A DNA stretch of 64,000 nucleotides, taken from positions 35,092,001 through 35,156,000 of the forward strand of contig OX597834.1 in assembly GCA_951406725.2 (NCBI GenBank), given 5' to 3'. Below are positions 45,043-53,885 of the stretch, in pieces. The translations under genes were made by a program, and so were the position numbers. The stretch's first letter is position 1. Each line of letters starts with the position of its first letter. This stretch comes from Octopus vulgaris. Its lineage: Eukaryota. Below the pieces are notes generated by a model. The model did no database searches, was not told the DNA's origin, and saw only the letters and a program-made list of their open reading frames with translations.

Positions 45043-46857
45043 ATTGGCCACGTCTTTCGTGCTATTGTTTAACGCTCGGTTAGCCCTGATAGAGTAGAGC
45101 TATAATTAAGGGTATCCCACCACATTTTAGTGCGTCCACCCATTGACTTTTCTCTTTCTTTTTCAAGACAGTAAAATATTCTAGATTCAGATGCCTTGGG
45201 GGTTTTTCTCTTTCTTTTTAGCCGGTCGAACGACCACGACAGGCTCCTATCATCATTAGCTAGATAGACATCAAGCTAATAACTCATGCAACTGAGTCAT
45301 TATAAACTAAACACGACATTGGACCTATACTTTGCAGTAATTTTCCACATAATAAGCCCTAAACAATTATGTTTCGATACGAGGCTTCGTTGACTCATCG
45401 ATACTGAAATAATCTTAACTTTCCACTAAAAAAAGTAGTGTTGTCCTCTCATAGAATGAAAATGAAGGCATTTGCGAAGAGGGATAAATTAATAAGGCAG
45501 CGGAAATTTCCCAAGTGTATATTTGAAGATATCAGGAACTGAGCCAAACATCCTGAACATCAAAAAGCATGTATAATGAGGAGGTTTCCGTAAAATGTAG
45601 TTAATATATATGTTGAAATAAAAATGAATAAAATTATAACAGGCCTATACATATATTGGAATGAAAAACGAGGGGCGGGGGAACTTTCACAAACAACTAT
45701 ATAACAATTATTACAAGACAGTCCCAGCTTTATATATGTATAAATTTCACAATTAAAAAATATTAACAATAGTACTGAATATGATAGTTATCCTGGTTCT
45801 TTTAAACAGTAAATGGTATTCTCTCAGAAACCATCTACAAGTGGATATACAGGGAACTTTACAGAAAACCTATTTTAATTTTATTCCAAGGCAGGTTGAC
45901 CGAGGTTATTATTCAACTGAGCACATTGAAATTTAGATCAGGACGTAAACATTGAAGTAAAAACAACGGATTACTAATGTATACCCTTTCCAAAAGCACA
46001 ATATGTAGTTTGTATTTAGAACTCGTCATTTTTAGACTTTATAACTTATAGAAAGTGTTTATCTAAAATGATACAAAAAAATTATAAACAAATGCACCAG
46101 GAGTGGGTGTCGAAATTTATGTTAATAGAATGTTACAGTAAACTTTAAACAACGTTCTCGACCAACACACACACACGTAATTCTTTGGTTTTACATTTAC
46201 TCTTGGTAATTGAGAAATACATATTGATTTTCTATTAATGAATAAAGTTGGTGTTGATGCCTGGCCATCAAAGTATAAAAATATTCTAGTTAAAATGAAA
46301 GTAAAAGAGATAATTTTAAAACATCTTACAATGAAAGAAAGCACTTCGTTCTTCGGACGTTGAAAACCATTTGCCGTTTTGGGTTTAGGGTACGATTTTT
46401 AATGACCTGGGATTATCAAAGATGTATTAATTAGGCGAGGACACGAATGACATTGCAGTTAAGTCTGATATATTTATACATATATTGTAATGTATATTTC
46501 AGTGTAGGTGTGAGAATAATTGCCTATTTCTGGAGTTTAACAGAGGGAATAGGCACTCACATGCATTGTATATCATCAGGTTGTGTCGTAATTTCTCGAA
46601 TAATAAATAGTTAGATGTGACGGTCAAGGAGGACATGAATGACAATGGAAAATAAAAGTGTTCAGGTGAGACTGTTGACTGAGACAAGTTGGTACGATTA
46701 GGAAAAATCACACATTTACGGGCTTTTCCCCACTACACACGTAACAATAAAACAGAAAGGCCAGGATGACAGCATTGGTTTCCAAATATGAGGCACGGAT
46801 AAGGAGAACCAGATATTGACAAAAATTAATATGGTTATTGGACCTGACTGATGTAGG

Positions 46858-48136
46858 GGTAGCTAGCACTAATTTATCAGTTGTGATACAATAATTGGAG
46901 ATTGAAAGAAGAAAACAAGAGACATGTGAATGACATTGAGAAGTAAGAAAACAACAAAGTGACGCCAAAGAAAGTCTATACACAACAGATGATAAATATA
47001 TTGATTTATAAGTGAGATGGTTAATAATGCCTGCCGGACTTCACTGTATTGTAAATAGATATAGGTTTTAAGAGGGTTTACATATTAACAAAGACAACAC
47101 ATTGATGAGACTTATTGGTTGTTACACACTATTTTAAAATGATAAATTTCGTTTATCTTTGTGGAAACAAAACAAATCTTTGAGTTGGAAAAGTCGCTCG
47201 TAAATAATAAAGAGACAGAGAGAAAGAGAAAGGAAGAATAAACCGTGTGTCTGTCTGTGTGTGTGAATGTGTGTGCGTCAGAGAGAAAGAAAGAGAGAAA
47301 CATAGAAATAGTGTCTGTGTGTGCGTCGAACACGAGATGAGAAGCTGGGATGAACATCTCAATCCCTTTTTTTCATACGAAACAAGTCGATAAAATAGGT
47401 AAATGAATAGAAAGGTTGTCTGCTCAACAATCTTACCTACGGCTGACCGCTGTTATTTCCTCTTCTATTCGTAAAATCCCATCCTATGGGGTAATAACAT
47501 ATCCATAGTGAGTAGAACCCAGCAGTATATCTACTCATGCTACGCTTCGTTTAATTGTAAACTCGCTGCCTTGACAGGTGCTCATACAAAACCCGAAATG
47601 GTTGCTAAAAGATCGATAATTCATCATCACATCACACTTCTGCTAAATACTTGTTGCATGAGCTTTATTTGTTTATTTCTTGGTCTTTGTTGTTGGGTTT
47701 TTTTTTGTCTCTTGTTCAAGTGTTACCGATTACGAGCGAAATAGAAATCTTGTCAACTCATCAGATATATAATTGTGTTTTAAATATATAATCTTAATAA
47801 TAGACTTGCTTTGTTTTCACATGCGAAGAATAACTTTTAAAAGTTTATAAATCAAGTATTGTTTACATGTATATAAATAAACAATATTTCTTGCAACTTT
47901 TTTTTTTTCCTTCCGATAGTTATTAGTGTGACGGGAAGGGAGACGGACTGGTTTCGTTCCGTCTTTATCAAAGTTTTTATATAGTCTAATGTTGCAATTA
48001 TATAAACCGGATGTATATCCCGAGTATATAAAGCGTGTGAGTACGTGTTTCGGTCATTTTTTGCGGAGCAGTTTGTTGGCTGTTGCTGAGGTATGTGCTT
48101 TATAAGTCAATCAGCAAGACCGGGGGTAATCGTAGC
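46858..48136 (+). repeat. ~1.25-kb near-identical segmental duplicate, copy 1 (upstream region, promoter, exon 1)
   Basis: Reads almost base-for-base with 60612-61841, apart from scattered substitutions and small indels. Confidence 0.95.
48006..48059 (+). promoter_or_regulatory. Pol II core promoter of paralog 1: ETS-like site, TATA box, Inr
   Basis: ACCGGATGT 48006-14, TATATAAA 48025-32, TCATTT (TCAKTY Inr) 48054-59 with the A exactly 31 nt after the TATA start. Confidence 0.7.
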
Positions 48137-48435
48137 GTATATTAAGATATATACAGCTTAAGCATGTTGAGGACAATCCGTAGTTTAAGACTTAGCCATT
48201 TTAGTAATCGAACTATTTTTTTTCATAATGTATTAACGTTAATCCCCTTTCTTCATAGATTAGTATGTATTTTATGACTAGAATTAATATATACTTATTT
48301 TTTTTCGCTTTTCCGGTGAAGCTAAATTTTTTTTTTTTTATCTTTTATCTCTTGAAAAAAGACATGGCTTTAATGTAATATATAGTATTTTGTGTATAGA
48401 TTTACGGTGATATAACTAACGGTTCTGCCGTGAGT

Positions 48436-48507
48436 GGAAACTGGCGGTAACCTGCAGCCACGTGGCTTCATCTGTTGCTCACCGTTCTCACACTTTACTC
48501 CACGTGG
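48436..48507. promoter_or_regulatory. Paired CACGTG E-boxes plus GGAAA.TGGCGG motif in intron 1 of paralog 1
   Basis: CACGTG at 48459-64 and 48501-06, both followed by G; conserved in paralog 2 amid diverged sequence. Confidence 0.6.
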
Positions 48508-48541
48508 TCTCTTGCTGTTTATTCTGCTACTGATTTTTTCT

Positions 48542-48663
48542 ATTTCGGTGATGACATTCGCGATTCTGAAGATCAGTTGTTCTCTTCGTGGTGCAGTTTT
48601 TGTGCTTCCGAAGTTCTGACAACTTTTTTACATTGCTGTCTTAGAGGCATTTGTCTGAGAAAT
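48542..48663 (+). ncRNA. SNORD15: Box C/D snoRNA, U15/SNORD15 homolog, copy 1 (D' guide altered)
   Basis: Box C GTGATGA 48548-54, D' CTGA 48566-69, D CTGA 48655-58, terminal stem ATTTC/GAAAT. The 3' end TTAGAGGCATTTGTCTGAGAA matches my recollection of vertebrate U15. Guide GAGGCATTTG is complementary to conserved LSU rRNA CAAAUGCCUC; the D+5 rule gives the A equivalent to human Am3785/yeast Am2281. Confidence 0.88.
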
Positions 48664-48834
48664 TTACATTCAGTACAGTCCTAATTGGGTTTTTTTTTTT
48701 AATCCTACCCTGCTGTCCATACCACTGCTAGAATCTGCTTTTGTACAGGGTTTTTTTTTCCTTTTAGTTCTATATTTTATATAGTTTCGAATATATGTGT
48801 TGCGGTTAATTTTGGATTTCGTTAAAGTGAGAAA

Positions 48835-48880
48835 TGTTGCTTGATGGATTCGTACATTTTTTTGTACCCAAGCTGTCCGC
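48835..48880 (+). pseudogene. Decayed SNORD52 remnant in host paralog 1
   Basis: TGTTGCTTGATGGATTC...AAGCTGTCCGC aligns to TGTTTGCCCTGATGAATTC...AAACTGTCCAC of the 62980 snoRNA. The downstream flank TGTCGATCA.GCCATA...TAGTGTAT.AATTAG is shared. Box C is mutated and the guide and D boxes are lost. Confidence 0.6.
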
Positions 48881-49177
48881 GTGTGTCGATCAGGCCATAA
48901 TTTACTAGTGTATTAATTAGTAGCCATTTAGTGTATGCTCGTTTTTAATGGTAGCTCTTTCATTTGTCTCCAGTTAAATTAAGGGATGTTTTGCTACTTA
49001 GTTTTAATTTTTACAGAAGTCATATTAGTCCGGTATGAGGATATTAAATTTCGTCGTTCCTCCTGGGTGGGTGATCTGTGTAACTGCCGTCTGCTAAGTT
49101 TGACCTCAACCCTACTGTGACGGTCAACATGTTACCCTTGCTAAATACTATATCGCTGTACAGTTGTAGTTCTATAG

Positions 49178-49259
49178 AAATGTCCTGAGAGTGATGACCT
49201 TGTGGATCGACTGATTATCTTGACGATTTCCCTTCGCCCCTATCTGACTCGGGACATTT
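49178..49259 (+). ncRNA. Box C/D snoRNA family A copy 1 (SNORD80/snR60-type D guide)
   Basis: 12-bp terminal stem AAATGTCCTGAG/CTCGGGACATTT, C GTGATGA 49191-97, D' CTGA 49211-14, C' TTGACGA 49220-26, guide TTCGCCCCTAT 49233-43, D CTGA 49244-47. The guide pairs with LSU AUAGGGGCGAA (human Gm1625/yeast Gm908 equivalent). Confidence 0.92.
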
Positions 49260-49983
49260 TAGTAAATGTTTTTTTTGTCTTCTGTGACTGGTGGTAGCGG
49301 TACAACTGAAATACCAGAAGATGGTGTTTTAGTAGATTAAATACGTTGTCTGATTGCTTTCTTTTCGCTCCTGTATATTTGATGTGTCACTTGTTTTATT
49401 TTTCACGCTAGCATAAACATGTAATTTGCTGTGATTGATATAGATTTGAGTGCCATCGTGGCGTGGAAAAAAAATTACGGTTAATATCTAGATCCGCACC
49501 CGGTGGGAAAATTGGAAACGAAAATGTGTAACAGTTGTAAGGCATCGTATATTGACGGGAAAAAAGCGCGCTGACAAACGGGGGGTGGGGGGCTCGGGAA
49601 ATTCCCAGGATCAACCGTAGAGGATCCACGCCCAGGTGGCAAAAATGGAAAAAAATATGTGTAACAGGTGTAAGGCATCGTATATTACTGTATGTTATAT
49701 ATCAGCTTTGCATGTTATTTAGATCACTTTCGTTTGTCTCAAAAGATTTTTATCCCTGACTTTTAATGAGAATAACCCAACAGGGGGAAAGCACAATGTG
49801 TGCCTTTGTTCATAGACCAACTCGGGTCCAGGGGACTTACTGTATAACGTATGGAAAGTGTCGTATGGGGCTGGGGTGACTGATAATTGTGGAGGGCGTT
49901 GATCCATTTATACTGCTAATAGACGGTCAACAATTGTAAAGGTGTTTTATGGACATACTGTTATAGTGTCAGCATTACGAATT

Positions 49984-50081
49984 AGCTTCTGATATCATGA
50001 TGAACACTAGGTCGGAGTACTGTGCTATTTTCAGCAGTGATGACAGCCCTACTCGTTCACTTCTTCTGAATATCAGAAACT
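49984..50081 (+). ncRNA. Box C/D snoRNA family B copy 1 (target unassigned)
   Basis: Stem TTCTGATAT/ATATCAGAA, C ATGATGA 49997-50003, degenerate D' (CTGT), short internal hairpin TGCT/AGCA, C' GTGATGA 50037-43, D CTGA 50066-69; paralog at 53030. Confidence 0.82.
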
Positions 50082-50777
50082 AATTCTGTGAGCTCCATAA
50101 CCCTTCAGTATTCGGTCAAATGTAATATTTATAAGCATTGTTTTGAGTCACGTTTTATCCCGTAGCTTTGGGATTTATTTTTAGAATGATATTGTTGGAT
50201 AGGTGCGAGAAACCAAAGATGATCGGTTTGAATGTTAGTGTTACTCTTAGGTTCCTTTTGCGAATTGGTTTTTTAAACCTGCCTTGTATAAAGTTTAATA
50301 AAATATGTTTATAAAAGATAAATATTTCCATGTCCCCCTTCTCCTGTTCTAAAATATCTGACTGGTGTGACCCAAAAATTTGTTTATAGCTTCTGTTGGA
50401 TTTCGTGTTGCTCTTCTAAGGGCGTATAGAATAGGTATGTATTGTTTCGTTTGTGTGCATCATGTACTAAAAGTTCTGGCTGCTGTTCTCCAGTGTTTTG
50501 CAAAATCAGGCTCATACTACGAATAAAATTTCTGCAACTTTTGTAGTAGGGTGTGGTGGGGGGCAAAGAATAGGCAGCCATTTAAAAGAACTTCATTTTT
50601 AATTACTATGGTTTGGTTTTGAGATAGAGGGGTATCAAAGCGTTTAATTGAATATACTTGTTGGACGGCTCAATATTTTACACTTGCAGGTAGAAGCATG
50701 ACTCTAGGTTGCTTCAGCCTTATTCAACCATGGTAAAGTAGAAAAGATTTCTCATTGAATGAGATGAGATTTGGCAA

Positions 50778-50860
50778 AAACTGTCCTGAGGATGATGATC
50801 TTGTGGATCGACTGATACCTTGACGATTTCCCTTCGCCCCTATCTGACTCGGGACAGTTT
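50778..50860 (+). ncRNA. Box C/D snoRNA family A copy 2
   Basis: 13-bp stem AAACTGTCCTGAG/CTCGGGACAGTTT, C ATGATGA 50792-98, D' 50812-15, guide TTCGCCCCTAT 50833-43, D 50844-47. Confidence 0.92.
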
Positions 50861-51196
50861 ATGATTGCTGCAATGAGTGAGATAAGAATAATGCCATGTA
50901 TTTGGAGTGATATCTGCTGCTGGTGTTGCGAAACTATCACGGTAAAGAGCACCTTTCGAGCACTGGGCCTCACAGAAGCAGTCAGGAAGGGCACCTAACT
51001 GTAGAATTAGGCTGGAGTCTGGCACTGCCCCTCAGCTTGCCAGCATGGACGTTAAATGATGATAGATAATGTGGTAATTTTGAAATATGCAGAGGTTGTT
51101 TCAATGGATTGAAGAATTTCCCTGGTGAAATTCTTTTTGCCCTTGTCTCACTTAAGACATTTCGTTGATGTTTTCACTTACATATACTGTTTGGGG

Positions 51197-51401
51197 AGAG
51201 TGCCTTATAGTTAACACGCTCACTGGTAAAATTTCCACTTATTTCGTTTCTTTTTCTGAAAATTTTTGTTGCGTCTTGCAACCTTTTCAATAGTTTTGAC
51301 AGTCAAAACTATTGAAAAGGTTGCAAGAAGCAACGAAAGTTTTAGAATGATAAAGGAAATAGGGGGAAATTTTACTGGTGTGTGTTAAATTATAAAGCAC
51401 T
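51197..51401. repeat. Long palindrome centred on 51301
   Basis: Perfect 27-bp arms TCTTGCAACCTTTTCAATAGTTTTGAC / GTCAAAACTATTGAAAAGGTTGCAAGA with a 1-nt spacer, extending imperfectly to about 100 bp per arm. Confidence 0.88.
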
Positions 51402-51564
51402 AAAATAGAATGACTCTCCCCAGACACAACAGAATGTACTTCAACACACAAACTCACATAAAGAATCTTGCTAACCAAATCCAAAAGCAAAATTCACTTA
51501 CATAGTTTTCCTTTTAGTATTCACAATCTGGTTGTTGCAATAAACCTCTCTCTCTCTTGTTTTT

Positions 51565-51637
51565 GTCCTGAGAATGATGATCTTGTGGATCGACTGATGT
51601 CTTGACGAATTCCCTTCGCCCCTATCTGACTCAGGAC
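51565..51637 (+). ncRNA. Box C/D snoRNA family A copy 3
   Basis: Stem GTCCTGAG/CTCAGGAC, C ATGATGA 51574-80, D' 51594-97, guide 51615-25, D 51626-29. Confidence 0.9.
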
Positions 51638-51856
51638 TGTTTATGAATATTATAAGTGGGATAAGATAATTTAAATTTTGATACAAGGTTCCTTCCACCC
51701 CAATAATGTGAAAGATTCTAAGGCTGGTTGTCATGTGGATTGACTTGTTTTGCATATTCTTCTTTACCTCTGTCTAGCTTAGAACATTTATATTGTAGGT
51801 TCAAAGGTGGTTGGGAAATGGTTTCATTTTTTCACAGTGGACAATGTGTGAAAATA

Positions 51857-53009
51857 TAGAAAGGTGATGTTGAAAAGATCTTGGCTTTAAGGGTAAAGCT
51901 GGGAGGTAGGTCAGAAGATATACAGAATATGATGTGGTATACAATATATCTTTCTCTTTTTTGCAGATTTAATGCATGATGGCAGCTCCTAGTGTATTTT
52001 GGGAGAATTGAAGTACAAGTAGTAATGAAATTACTCTTTCTGCAAGGCAAACAACCAGCAGAAATCCATGGCCATATGAAGAACGTCTTGAAATATGGCT
52101 GTCCATCTTACTCCACAATAAAAATCAGGCTAACTGATGATCATTTTGGCAGGACAGCCAACTTCTGCAACTACAGAGGACTCTGTGCATGTCATGATTC
52201 TCGAGGACTACAGGGTTTCAGCTGAGACTCCGAGGATTTCCCGCGAAAGAGTTAATCACTTCATCCACAACATTCTGGGCATAGGAAAGCTTTCTGCAAG
52301 GTGGGTGCCTGAATGCAGATCTCAAGTACATCAGGATGACAGCATCAGAGGTGATTTTGGACCAGTCTGCAGCAGGAGAGGTTGATTTTATGGCTTGTTT
52401 AGTCACCTTGGATGAAACTAGGCTTCATCCCCGGACCAAGCAGCAATCAATGGAGTGGAGTCACGGTTGTTCACCACATCCCAAGAAGTTTTGAACCTGG
52501 AAAATGACTAGAAAGGTTCTGGCTTCAGTGTTCTGGGAGTACCCCTTTTATAATACCTGCCAAAGGGTGCACCATCAATGCAGAATACTACATGTCTCTG
52601 TTGGATGAAGCTTTGATGCCATGGAAAGCTGACCCATAATGCCCTGCTTTTGTAGGGTAGTTGTATCAACACATGAAACCCTACAGAAACTACACAGCGG
52701 CTTTGAATTGGTAGACCTCCGACCGTACTCTTCTGATTATCACCTCTTTTCACAACTGAAGAAACGCCTCCACAATGAAATTTCACTCTGAGGGGTGATT
52801 GTTGCTACAACCTCCCAAGTTCTTTTTTCAGGGTTTAGAAAAGCTGAGGGACTGCTGTGATAGGTGTGTGAATCTGAGAGATGAATACGTTGAATAAAAT
52901 CACTAGCAGCTAAGCCTGGTCTGTTTGGATGATGTGGCTATGATAGATTAACTAATTCTCCTGTATTTTCTTTTATCTAGAGCCAGGGAATTTTAAGTAT
53001 CCCTTTGTA
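51857..53009 (+). mobile_element. Decayed Tc1/mariner (mariner-type) transposon with frameshifted transposase
   Basis: ORF fragments VMKLLFLQGKQPAEIH..PSYSTIK (HTH), KLSARWVP (WVPHEL motif), LVTLDET (first catalytic D) and SDYHLFSQLKK (YSPDLAP region). Degenerate TIRs end in TA. Confidence 0.88.
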
Positions 53010-53029
53010 TATAATGTTACCATTACCAA

Positions 53030-53125
53030 TAGTTTCTGATATCATGATGAACACAGGTCGGAACACTGTGCTATTTTCAGCAGTGATGACAGCTCTATTC
53101 ATTCACTTCTGAATATCAGAAACTA
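53030..53125 (+). ncRNA. Box C/D snoRNA family B copy 2 (target unassigned)
   Basis: Perfect 13-bp stem TAGTTTCTGATAT/ATATCAGAAACTA, C ATGATGA 53044-50, C' GTGATGA 53083-89, D CTGA 53109-12. Similarity to copy 1 stops near the stem ends. Confidence 0.85.
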
Positions 53126-53861
53126 ATTGTGTGATGTCTTGTTCTTTGATTCCCCTTCACTTATTCATTTCTTAAATCAATGCTTTGTAATCATGAATTT
53201 CAATAAAATGCTTTTATTAAAAAAGAAATAACTTGTCTGTGCTTTTCCTATTCTGTTTTTAGCCCAGTTGGATTTCATCTCACTTTTTCAAGGACATGTA
53301 CTGAATTGAAGTTTGGGCCACTGACCTATATTTTTAATACTTCACAGCCAGAATTAATCCTTTAGCATTCAGATTAATTTATCTAGTGTAATACTTATTC
53401 ATCACATTTTTTTAAAAAGTCATTTAGTGTTTTGAAGATGTGATTGTTTATTTTTAGAATGACATTGTAGGGTGGGTGTGAGAGGCTGAGGCTGGTCAGT
53501 TTCAACATAAAGCAATATTTGAGCCAGATATGGCCATTTAAGGGGTTATTGAACATTTAGCTCCTGCAGGAGAGGGTTCTTGCATTTTGGGTTTCTCATT
53601 TTTCTGGATTTCTAACCCTGCAAAGGAACTTCTTTTAAGAATACATTTGAAGAGGATTACTAGGAATCTAATTGAATCTTGTAGTATTTTGAGGAAAGTC
53701 AGCCCAATTATATTTTACACTGGCAGATAGAGGGATGCAACTCGGGTCGTTTCAGTCTTATTAGACTTTGGTTGAGTGGAAGGTTAACGTTGGTGGCCAC
53801 AAAGACATTGATGGTATTGATTTAGAATTTTAATCCTACAAGTATGGAGTGATTTGGCTGC

Positions 53862-53885
53862 AATGTCCTGAGGATAAACTGATTG
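53862..53885 (+). pseudogene. Possible deleted remnant of a family A snoRNA
   Basis: AATGTCCTGAGGAT..ACTGATT matches the family A 5' stem and the D' region. It lies in the expected position after family B copy 2. The match is short. Confidence 0.35.

Noticed and set aside
47508-47744. 78/91-aa ORF present in both duplicates (also 61247-61522)
   Set aside because: GTG start, frameshift between copies, located upstream of the TATA box; conservation is explained by the recent duplication or conversion.
49178-51637. Regularly recurring repeats suggestive of a CRISPR-like array
   Set aside because: Eukaryotic context, units 0.8-1.6 kb apart, and fully explained by C/D boxes with rRNA complementarity.
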